This document shows, in pieces, positions 10,239-18,228 of a stretch of DNA of 64,000 nucleotides; the stretch's first letter is position 1; every line of letters starts with the position of its first letter. The notes under the pieces are model-generated. The model saw only the letters and a program-made list of their open reading frames with translations. It was not told the origin of the DNA and did not search any database. The translations under genes and the position numbers were made by a program. The stretch is from Thermoprotei archaeon (lineage in GTDB: Archaea > Thermoproteota > Thermoprotei > Thermoproteales > B15-G16). The stretch lies in contig QMRC01000003.1 of the NCBI GenBank assembly GCA_003649205.1, positions 1 through 64,000 on the forward strand, read 5' to 3'.

Positions 10239-10787
10239 TTAGGTGTTTTCTGAGAGTAGTTTGAGTATTGTTGTTAGTCCAGGGAATGCTTGTTCTAGGT
10301 GTTTCATGCTTGCTCTCTTGAGTAGTTCTTCTTTTGTTGCTGCTTCGCCTATTACTTCTCTTAATTTTCTGATGTTTTCTTCTATGTTGCCTTTCTCTGT
10401 GAATCCTGAGATAGCGATGTAGATTGTTACTTGCTTTGGTCCTTTGCGGCATGTTATTACTAGTGCGTGGTCATTAAGTTCCTTTATGTCTAGTACTTCG
10501 AAGCCGTATTGTTTCAATGTGCTTGAGAATACGTCCTTGTTGGGTACGTGTTCTCTATCGATTATGATTAAGCAGTACCTGGGTCTGGTTTTGTGTAGGA
10601 GTGTGGATAGTTGCTCTATTACTCCTCTTACTCCTGTTCTCGTTGGTAGTGTTGGTATTATGATTACTTTTCCTCTGTGGTTAAACTTCTCTGCTATTAT
10701 CTTCAGTACTCTTACCTCTTCTACACCGTTACCTGTTAGGAGTACTGTATCTACTGTTCTTGGTACTTGTCCTCTCGTTACTTTCAT
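10239..10787 (-). CDS. Hypothetical ATPase-partner protein (DUF3226/TOPRIM-like)
   Basis: ATG at 10787 overlaps the ATPase stop (ATGA); IIIDRE and GNIEENI acidic motifs. The longer ORF in the track is an upstream over-extension. Confidence 0.55.
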   Translation of the reverse strand: MKVTRGQVPRTVDTVLLTGNGVEEVRVLKIIAEKFNHRGKVIIIPTLPTRTGVRGVIEQLSTLLHKTRPRYCLIIIDREHVPNKDVFSSTLKQYGFEVLDIKELNDHALVITCRKGPKQVTIYIAISGFTEKGNIEENIRKLREVIGEAATKEELLKRASMKHLEQAFPGLTTILKLLSENT

Positions 10788-11782
10788 AGTTCGAGTAGGT
10801 CGATTAGTTTCCTTATGTCTATTCCACGATTGAAGTACTCTTCTAGTTCGTTTGGTGTTAGTGTTGTGTGTTCTACTATGTCGTCTGGTGTTTTTCTCAG
10901 GATTATTACTTGGCTGTCTTCTGGTGATTGATATGTTAGTTCGAGGAGGACGTCTATGCTGTGTGTTGTGATTACTACTTGCCAGTTCTTTGATGTTAAC
11001 CACTTCATCACTACCTCGATGAGTCCTGGGTGTGCTGCTACTTCCATGTCATCCCATAGTACTAGTCTTGGTTTTAGATACTCGAGTGCTAGTGCTGTGA
11101 GGCATATTCGTTCTATACCGTCTCCTAAATCTGCTACGTGGATGTAGAGTGGCCCGATTTCCTCACTTACCTCCTTTCTCAGCTTCAACTCATTTCTCTC
11201 AATTAGGATTTCTGTGTACTTGTCGTAGACTGTGGGGTTGATTAGTTCGGTGACTATCTTCCTGTGTGCTCCGTACTTGGTTAGTGTGGACCAGGTTGTG
11301 GGTTCTTTTAGCTTGTTTCGGAGTTCCTTGAGGAATTCGGTGCTATTTGGTATGTAGAGTGTGAGGTTGTGTACCTCATCCTTACTTATGTTGAGTAGCT
11401 TCGCTATGTAGTCAATATATGTCTCTACATATGCTTCTCTATTGTTTATTACTATTGATTCTAGGGTACCTGCTGTTAGGGTTACTGTCACTACTTCGTC
11501 ATTGAATAGCCGGTACCTTATTCTCGCTGTTCCACTATATCCATAGATTAGACACGATTTTCCTCCATGTAGCTGTGTTATGAAATCTAGTCTGCTTACT
11601 TCAGTTAGCGGTGCTGTGTATCCGGAGGGTGTTGCTAGCAGGTACAGTGCTTCTAGAATTGTTGTTTTTCCTGTGTTGTTTCTGCCTATGATGATGTTGA
11701 ATTTCTTTAATTTGATGGGCTTTGCTAGTTTCCTTACTCCACGAAATTCCTCTATGTCTAGCTCTTTGATGACTATTGTCAA
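10784..11782 (-). CDS. ABC-type (AAA_15/AAA_21, OLD/AbiEii-like) ATPase
   Basis: IEEFRG, GRNNTGKT, LGDG signature, LWDDMEVAAHP, ITTHS. Confidence 0.85.
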   Translation of the reverse strand: MTIVIKELDIEEFRGVRKLAKPIKLKKFNIIIGRNNTGKTTILEALYLLATPSGYTAPLTEVSRLDFITQLHGGKSCLIYGYSGTARIRYRLFNDEVVTVTLTAGTLESIVINNREAYVETYIDYIAKLLNISKDEVHNLTLYIPNSTEFLKELRNKLKEPTTWSTLTKYGAHRKIVTELINPTVYDKYTEILIERNELKLRKEVSEEIGPLYIHVADLGDGIERICLTALALEYLKPRLVLWDDMEVAAHPGLIEVVMKWLTSKNWQVVITTHSIDVLLELTYQSPEDSQVIILRKTPDDIVEHTTLTPNELEEYFNRGIDIRKLIDLLEL

Positions 11783-11846
11783 GTTAATTCACCTACTTTC
11801 GTAATGATTCTGGATCTACTCTCATTTAGTGTTGTGGTTTGCTTTA

Positions 11847-12551
11847 TCAGGTATCTTGCTTTTTCTTGAACTTTAGGTATGCCTTTATGGTTATGGCTGC
11901 TATTGCTATGAAGTATCCTCTATCATCCATGTCCTTACTGAAGAGCCTTATCCCGATCTCGTATGCCCTATCTAGTTCCTCTATTGTCATTTCGTTGATG
12001 TCTTTGCTGAAGAGTTTCTTTAGGAATTCCAACTCTTCCTTGGTTAGTGGGTTTGGTGTTGCTGTGGTGTATGCTTCAAGTACTTCTCTTACTCTGTGTC
12101 TTAGGTACGTTACTTCCTTTTCCTCTAGCAGTCCCTTTAGTCCTAGGTACTCGATAACGACTTCGTGAGTATGTGTTGTTGCTCTTGCTATGGTCTTAAG
12201 CATTTTCTCCATCCTAACATCAATGTAATTTCTTAGATCCTCGAACTTTGTATCAACATACTTCTTGAACTCGTCAAATCTCCTATCTATCTCCCTGAAT
12301 CTCTCTTCTATTCGTTCGAATCTACTATCTATCTCTTCAAATCTCTTCTCTATTTGCTCGAATCTTTTGTCTATTTGCTTGAATCTCTCATCGATGCTTC
12401 TAAATCTCTCGTCAATGGTCTTAAACCTCTCATCAATTAGCTTGAATCTACTGTCTATCTCTGTGAATTTTCTTCCTAGCCAGTACGCTAGTGTTCCTAT
12501 TGAGGTTACTACTGTGAGTACTGTTGCTACTGTGTCCCACGGTATTTGCAC
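11847..12551 (-). CDS. TM-anchored coiled-coil heptad-repeat protein
   Basis: N-terminal TM followed by nine FxxIDxR-type heptads. Confidence 0.8.
   Translation of the reverse strand: MQIPWDTVATVLTVVTSIGTLAYWLGRKFTEIDSRFKLIDERFKTIDERFRSIDERFKQIDKRFEQIEKRFEEIDSRFERIEERFREIDRRFDEFKKYVDTKFEDLRNYIDVRMEKMLKTIARATTHTHEVVIEYLGLKGLLEEKEVTYLRHRVREVLEAYTTATPNPLTKEELEFLKKLFSKDINEMTIEELDRAYEIGIRLFSKDMDDRGYFIAIAAITIKAYLKFKKKQDT
12279..12467 (-). repeat. Coding tandem repeat, 9 x 21 bp, degenerate
   Basis: FTEIDSR/FKLIDER/FKTIDER/FRSIDER/FKQIDKR/FEQIEKR/FEEIDSR/FERIEER/FREIDRR. Confidence 0.85.
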
Positions 12552-12614
12552 TGTGTCACCTAGGTATGTCTCAAGTTGCTCACACTTATGTACTTGATGT
12601 TCTTGCTCTTGTCC

Positions 12615-13619
12615 TCATCTCTGTATCAGTAGTTTCTTTAGGATGTCTCTGTATGCAGGTATTTGCCATGCGTAGTACTTCCCTATCCCTAGCTCTAGAT
12701 CACTTGGTACTTCGGTATTGTGTAGTGTTGTCACGTACTTGTAGATGAGTAGGTTCTCTTCAGTGAGTATTTGCTGTAGTTGCTCAGTTCTTGGTGTTGC
12801 CTCTGTGTGTACTGTATCTGGATCCTCTATGGCCTTCATCAACTCATTCTCTAGATTTCTCGAGCGTATGGTAGTTAGTACTTTCGTGAGCCTTCTCTCT
12901 AAGGTATTTAACCAGCTACCTATATCCCATCTATGTACGTGTGCTATCTCTATTAGTGCTCTTGGATTCCCACCTGTTACCCGCCATAGCTCCTCTCTGA
13001 GGTTGAGGTTCGGTGGTTTTAGTTCCTGTACTAGTTCGTAGAAGGGTTCTCTCGGTAAATTCCATATCAACTTCACTACTGTGTACGTGTGTCTCATTAC
13101 TAGGTCTAGGCTCTTACCTTCACTTGTCGTAGCTACTATGAGTATACTCTTTGGACTATACCTCCTATGTAGCTTACCTATTAGCTCGTACAACCACTTT
13201 ACATACCACTCAACTCTATCTAGCCCTATGGCTCTAGTGATGTCATCTACAATCACTATCAATGACCTTCCTTCAATACTCACTTTCTCAGCTATCTTCT
13301 CAACTATGAGTGTTATCCTATCTGCTAAGTACGTACCTAGCGGTCCTATGGCTTGCAATGCTACTTCCCTTACGAACTTCCTTACCTCTTCAATCACTGG
13401 ATTCAACACTATTGCTGTCTCTGGATCCCTCCTCTCTAGTGCATCTATGTAGATTGTCACTCCGTGCACTCTCTTGATGAATTCTCTCAGTAACCTCGTT
13501 TTTCCACAACCTTCAGGACCGTAGAGGTATATTGGTAGTGGACTTCCGTAACTAGCTAGTTCACGTAGTGTCTCTAGTTCTCGTTCTCTATCTACGAACC
13601 TTGGTTCAATTACTAACAT
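12615..13619 (-). CDS. Archaeal ATPase (ATPase_2/STAND-like)
   Basis: FVDRERELETL, YGPEGCGKT, IVDD, TGGNPR. Confidence 0.85.
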   Translation of the reverse strand: MLVIEPRFVDRERELETLRELASYGSPLPIYLYGPEGCGKTRLLREFIKRVHGVTIYIDALERRDPETAIVLNPVIEEVRKFVREVALQAIGPLGTYLADRITLIVEKIAEKVSIEGRSLIVIVDDITRAIGLDRVEWYVKWLYELIGKLHRRYSPKSILIVATTSEGKSLDLVMRHTYTVVKLIWNLPREPFYELVQELKPPNLNLREELWRVTGGNPRALIEIAHVHRWDIGSWLNTLERRLTKVLTTIRSRNLENELMKAIEDPDTVHTEATPRTEQLQQILTEENLLIYKYVTTLHNTEVPSDLELGIGKYYAWQIPAYRDILKKLLIQR

Positions 13620-13637
13620 TACTCAGCACCTAGTGCT

Positions 13638-14054
13638 CTAGGGTGCTAGTACCATCTTGAGTAAGATCCCTATTATCCCTATGAGGATTGGTACGTTAAA
13701 CGCGATGAAGATCTTGATCAATAAACTAACTTGTCCCTCCAATCTAGCTACTCTTGCCTCTAATCTCGCTGCTCTATCACCTAATCTACCTAACTCACTC
13801 CTTATTTCCGCTATTTCACTTCTTACTTCAGCTATTCTCTTGTCAATGTACTCCTGTAGCTCCTTCCTAAGAGCTTCAAGATCTCTCTTCGTTGCTACCT
13901 CCCTCATCACACCCTCAACTATTGCCAACCTTATGTCCGGTACCGTAACGAGAAGCTCAGCTAACTTCTTAAGAGCTGAAGGATCCTTCTCGAAAAGAGC
14001 AACAATATCACTCGCCGAAAGCCCCCTCTCACCCAAGAAATACCCACCTACCAT
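13638..14054 (-). CDS. Coiled-coil protein with C-terminal TM
   Basis: VATKRDL motif, heptads, hydrophobic C-terminus. Confidence 0.75.
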   Translation of the reverse strand: MVGGYFLGERGLSASDIVALFEKDPSALKKLAELLVTVPDIRLAIVEGVMREVATKRDLEALRKELQEYIDKRIAEVRSEIAEIRSELGRLGDRAARLEARVARLEGQVSLLIKIFIAFNVPILIGIIGILLKMVLAP

Positions 14055-14157
14055 ATAACACAGACCTAACAGCTAAATAAGTCTAGACAACATACATGAA
14101 GAAGCACAGAACAGAAATACCATAGACCTAGCTCAAGAACAGACACCTAAACAATGC

Positions 14158-14389
14158 AAAAAGCCCCGGGCCCTGACCGGTCCGAAACACTTAAGTATCA
14201 GCACTGAGCTACACTGAGGGCCCCGGTGCTTGGCGCCGCGTCTGCGGTCGCCAAGTCCTTAGTCATCTTCCGCTTCCTCACCAAGCCCCCTCATCATCCC
14301 GGCCAGGGCCCGGGCCTCATCAATTTACAGATCAACCCGAGCCCTGACCAGGACTCAGGGCCACTGAACAACTGAGCACTAGCACTACG
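14158..14389 (-). ncRNA. Putative structured ncRNA (omega/reRNA-like) downstream of the TnpB-like gene
   Basis: GC-rich island with hairpins at 14229-14255 (cttggcg-ccgc/gcgg-cgccaag) and 14341-14361 (gccctga/tcagggc), UGAUGA boxes, and a terminal T5 tract (14158-14162). Position matches TnpB omega RNAs. Confidence 0.55.
14166..14185. repeat. Inverted-repeat arm 1 (pairs with 15207-15226)
   Basis: ccgggccctgaccggtccga is the reverse complement of tcggaccggtcaggacccgg at 19 of 20 positions. Confidence 0.9.
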
Positions 14390-15202
14390 CTACTTCAGAA
14401 CATACTTAACAGCTCTACTCCTCGCTACATTAATCGCAGCCATCTCATCTCTATCCCACACACGACCGCACTTAGTACATCTCAACTCTCTATAGCTCAG
14501 TACCTCAGTTACTGAATCACACACCGGACAGTACCTCGATGTACCAGCTGGCTCAATAGCAACCACCCTAATACCCTTCCTCGTGCAGTGAACTAATGCC
14601 CTCATCAACTTCGTGTACCTCCAACCCCTCACCCTATCAGTTACCTCACTACGCACATCGACATACGGTAACCACTCAATCTTCGCAATTACGTCGTACT
14701 TCTCGCTCAACCTATTTAGACAAGCCATTAACCTATTCAGTAGCTTCCTCAACTCAACTACGTACCACTTCCTCCATCTCCTAACCTTCTTCCTCAGATA
14801 CAGCTCTAGATCGTACACAAACAACCAATTCGGTACAACACCGTACTCCTCAACTAGCTCAATGACGTAGCTGAATACACTCGGTATCGGTCTACAGGAT
14901 CTCTTAATCTCCCTCCAAGCCCATGACCCTCTCTCAACCTTGACATCTCTGTACCTCATAACGAACGGGTACTTCTCAACGAACTTCCTCAAACCCTCCT
15001 TAACGTAGCTAACTAGATTCGGCACCTCTACCACACCCCTAATCACTACGTAGTACTCACCCTCACCAACATCAATAAGCTTCGGCACAAAACCTCGTTC
15101 ACTGACTACGCTACAGACGTCAAGCAACATCTCTCGATCATGAACTCTGTACGCAGCAATCACTGACCTCACATTGTAGTCAAACCCAACCACAAGCTGC
15201 AT
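14390..15202 (-). CDS. tnpB: TnpB-like RuvC + zinc-ribbon nuclease, N-terminally minimal (alternative start at 15325)
   Basis: RuvC-I VGFDYN, RuvC-II KIEWL, PAGTSRYCPVC...CTKCG zinc ribbon, RuvC-III DRDEMAAINV. Confidence 0.8.
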   Translation of the reverse strand: MQLVVGFDYNVRSVIAAYRVHDREMLLDVCSVVSERGFVPKLIDVGEGEYYVVIRGVVEVPNLVSYVKEGLRKFVEKYPFVMRYRDVKVERGSWAWREIKRSCRPIPSVFSYVIELVEEYGVVPNWLFVYDLELYLRKKVRRWRKWYVVELRKLLNRLMACLNRLSEKYDVIAKIEWLPYVDVRSEVTDRVRGWRYTKLMRALVHCTRKGIRVVAIEPAGTSRYCPVCDSVTEVLSYRELRCTKCGRVWDRDEMAAINVARSRAVKYVLK

Positions 15203-15206
15203 TCTC

Positions 15207-15226
15207 TCGGACCGGTCAGGACCCGG
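15207..15226. repeat. Inverted-repeat arm 2, 4 nt upstream of the ATG at 15202
   Basis: See arm 1. The nearby leader also has a hairpin at 15296-15320 (acccgacg/cgtcgggt) and three cggacc copies. Confidence 0.9.
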
Positions 15227-15331
15227 CTTCGGTCCCTCCTCGGCAGTGCCTCCGGACCTATAACCCCCTTCATCGGACCTAACCTCTGGGGATCCACCCG
15301 ACGCCTTATCGACGTCGGGTTTCATCCACCT

Positions 15332-17554
15332 TCACTCACCTGAAGAACCTTGATAACCACTCTCCTTTACTTCAGGTACATCGACACTCAATCCATAGTA
15401 CTCTAGAACTGCCTTCCCGAAGTTCGTCAACCTACCTGACCTAGCAAATATTGGGTATGACCTCTCCCTCAGTAACTTAATTACGTCCTCAACATCGTGC
15501 TCTTGCACGAACTGGATCAAGTACTCTCTCTTACCCCTAGGCACACCGTACTTCCTAGCTAATTCACGCAACTTACTTAAGTCAACCCTCCTCAACTTCA
15601 ACCCCCTAGGAGCAGCAAGCTCAAGGTAATTCGTCTTAACCTTAGCGTAGAGACCGTCCCTGTAGTACAGACACTCACCAATCCTCAAAGTCTGAACCTC
15701 TCTAGGCTCAATACCATACTCCTCAACAATTCTCAACTCACTAGGTTCAGTGAGCCTGAAGAACAAGACATTACGACACTGACCACGAACAACATCACTC
15801 ACCTTAGCAATAGACTGATCAATGAGAATTAGGTAGAGACCACACTTCCTACCCTCCCTAGCCAACTTAACGAGAATAGACTCACCACGAGCATGTACCG
15901 GAGCAACCCTATGAACTTCATCAACAACGAGAACAGTACCAACACCCAACCTCCCCAACCTATAGAGAAACTCCATGAACGTAAGAGCAAAGACAGCCTT
16001 AGCAACCTCAGAATCCATACCACTCAAATCAACAACGTAAACACCACAACCGAGATCACTCAACGTAAAGTCACCAGGTCTAAAGTACCTAACAAGAGGC
16101 TCCAACCTCCTCAAAGCAGCAGCAACAGCAGACCTGTACTCACTACCCTCAGGAAACTCAAAGTACATCCCCCTCAACACATCAACAAGCTCACGAAGAC
16201 ACAGCTCACGAACCCTATCCCTAGCCCTAGTAAGAACCTCAACAACAATAGGAGAGAACGAACCCCTCTCAAAACCATAGCAGTACACCAGAGCATCCTC
16301 AACAACCTCAATACCCCTCCAGAAACCAAGCTGAAGAGGATCAAGAGCGAGATCTCGAGGAGGCTCAAGAACAACAGCACCAGGCAAATTAACGAAAGCA
16401 CCCACGAAGTCAATGACCAAAACCCTAGAACACCTAGACAACTCCCTCACCAAGTAAGCAACAGTACTAGACTTACCACTACCAGTCATACCAACAACGA
16501 GAGTATGACCATCAGGAACAAAGTACACAGCATCACCACAAACCCTAAACCCAAGAACCCTCCTACCAAGCACAACACCCCCACCACCAACATCGAGCTC
16601 TAGATTACGTAGAAGCTGAGAAACAAGAGAAGAAACAACATCACCAACAACACACTCACGAGCACACAACTGATGAACAAACCTCCTCCACCAAACACAG
16701 AGCAAAAACCTAAGCAAACCACTCAACCTACAATCAAACACAACAGAGTAAAGACCAACCCTAACAACACACTCACACCTCCTAACAAAGTAACCACAAA
16801 CACCCTCAACAAACGAATCCCTAGCACCACCACGACCAAGAGAACGAAACCAACCAAACAACCCCCTCCAAACACCAGAGTAGAAACGAGACAAATCCCT
16901 CAACCCACACCTCTCAAGAACAAGAACATAGCAACCACCCCTACTCAAAACCCTAACACCAACACCAGAAGAACATCCAGAACCATCACCCCTCCGAAAA
17001 CCAATAGAGGACAAGACAGAAACCCAAAACCAATCACCAAGAACAAAATCGAAATCACTCAACTCAACATCAAGACCAAGACCAGAGACAACACCAGCAC
17101 AGTAACGAACAACACCCTCAACCCAACTACGAGAACAGAAGAACCTATGCAACTCAACAATGAGAAAAACCCTACCGTAGACCTGCACTAAGAAGATCTT
17201 AGCAACATAGGGAACACACCTAAACAACGTAGTGACATCAGGAACATGAGAGAAATTCCTCACCCTAAACACGAGCAGAATACAGGACCACAAACCATGA
17301 CCACAAACATACACACCACGATCCACACAACGAGGACGAGAAGTCAGGTAAAGACACAGGAAATGAAGGAACTTGGGGAAGGTAAAGAACCAGAGTAACC
17401 AGTACGGAATAGCGAGTACGAGGTACGTGGGAGTTCCTTCGGTGAGGGAGATGTAGCTGAGCCAGGTACCGGGGAATGTGTAGAGTGTGAGTAGTGTTAG
17501 GGTTAGGAGCTTGATTGGTAGGGTGTACCACATGGTTCTTCCCGAGATCTCCAC
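15332..17554 (-). CDS. Membrane-anchored HerA/VirB4-like (DUF87, CedB-like architecture) ATPase
   Basis: N-terminal TM helices; HTLVVGMTGSGKS, VLVIDFVG, VLVVDEVHR, REGRKCG, IDQS. Confidence 0.8.
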   Translation of the reverse strand: MEISGRTMWYTLPIKLLTLTLLTLYTFPGTWLSYISLTEGTPTYLVLAIPYWLLWFFTFPKFLHFLCLYLTSRPRCVDRGVYVCGHGLWSCILLVFRVRNFSHVPDVTTLFRCVPYVAKIFLVQVYGRVFLIVELHRFFCSRSWVEGVVRYCAGVVSGLGLDVELSDFDFVLGDWFWVSVLSSIGFRRGDGSGCSSGVGVRVLSRGGCYVLVLERCGLRDLSRFYSGVWRGLFGWFRSLGRGGARDSFVEGVCGYFVRRCECVVRVGLYSVVFDCRLSGLLRFLLCVWWRRFVHQLCARECVVGDVVSSLVSQLLRNLELDVGGGGVVLGRRVLGFRVCGDAVYFVPDGHTLVVGMTGSGKSSTVAYLVRELSRCSRVLVIDFVGAFVNLPGAVVLEPPRDLALDPLQLGFWRGIEVVEDALVYCYGFERGSFSPIVVEVLTRARDRVRELCLRELVDVLRGMYFEFPEGSEYRSAVAAALRRLEPLVRYFRPGDFTLSDLGCGVYVVDLSGMDSEVAKAVFALTFMEFLYRLGRLGVGTVLVVDEVHRVAPVHARGESILVKLAREGRKCGLYLILIDQSIAKVSDVVRGQCRNVLFFRLTEPSELRIVEEYGIEPREVQTLRIGECLYYRDGLYAKVKTNYLELAAPRGLKLRRVDLSKLRELARKYGVPRGKREYLIQFVQEHDVEDVIKLLRERSYPIFARSGRLTNFGKAVLEYYGLSVDVPEVKESGYQGSSGE

Positions 17555-17684
17555 ATTCCTGAATTCTTATGGGGGTCTACAGGAAAGCTGTATTGTGGGG
17601 ATGTGACTTGCCCTGTGGTGGTTTGGTGTCTGTGGGTGGTGGGGTTATTAGGGTGTTTGGTGTCTACTTACCGGGTGTTTTTGT

Positions 17685-18104
17685 GTGACTCGTAGGAGGT
17701 TTAGGTCTGAGGAGGAGTTTGAGGCTTGGCTTAGGCGTAGGAGGATTCTGTACTGGATCATAACTGCTATAGGTATTGCGCTCATTGTCATTGGCTGTAT
17801 CCTGAAGTACAGTAGTCCTCCTGTTGTTGGTGATGTTGCCAGTATCCTAGGTCTTGTCGTTACTCTCTATGGTTTGTTCACGAGTAGGGATGAGGAGATT
17901 ATTGGTAGGTTGGAGAATACTGAGGTCGAGCTTCACGAGGGATTTGAGAGATTGGAGAAGGAGATTCATGATGGGGTTTCAAGGTTGGAGAGGGAGCTAC
18001 GTGAGGGATTTGTGAGGTTGGAGAGGGAATTTCGTGAGGGGTTTAGTGGGTTGGAGGTTCTTCTTCGTGAGATTAGGGATGAGTTGAGGAGGAGTAGGTC
18101 TTGA
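17685..18104 (+). CDS. Two-TM protein with 11-residue coiled-coil repeats
   Basis: Two hydrophobic helices, then LEKEIHDGVSR/LERELREGFVR/LEREFREGFSG. Confidence 0.75.
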   Translation: MTRRRFRSEEEFEAWLRRRRILYWIITAIGIALIVIGCILKYSSPPVVGDVASILGLVVTLYGLFTSRDEEIIGRLENTEVELHEGFERLEKEIHDGVSRLERELREGFVRLEREFREGFSGLEVLLREIRDELRRSRS

Positions 18105-18131
18105 GGGGTTTGGGGATAGGAGGAGTGGGGG

Positions 18132-18220
18132 TGGTGCCCCCGCCGGGATTTGAACCCGGGACCCTCCGGTCTCTGCTCTGGTCTTCAGCCGGATGCTCTC
18201 CCAGGCTGAGCTACGGGGGC
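18132..18220 (-). tRNA. tRNA-Phe(GAA) with 12-nt intron (18171-18182) and encoded CCA
   Basis: GCCCCCGTAGCTCAGCCTGGGAGAGCATCCGGCTGAAG-[ACCAGAGCAGAG]-ACCGGAGGGTCCCGGGTTCAAATCCCGGCGGGGGCACCA. Confidence 0.95.
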
Positions 18221-18228
18221 TCTTGGTC

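Noticed and set aside
10788-11003. N-terminal extension of ORF 10239..11003
   Set aside because: Overlaps the ATPase in another frame; ATG 10787 gives a clean ATGA coupling.
14161-15325. Standard autonomous IS200/IS605 or IS607 element
   Set aside because: No Y1 or serine transposase, no clear canonical end motifs, and a truncated TnpB architecture; kept as findings instead.
15893-17191. Long + strand ORFs (236 aa and 172 aa) rich in N/T/P/Q
   Set aside because: Antisense shadows of the HerA-like gene, caused by T-poor skew that removes stop codons.
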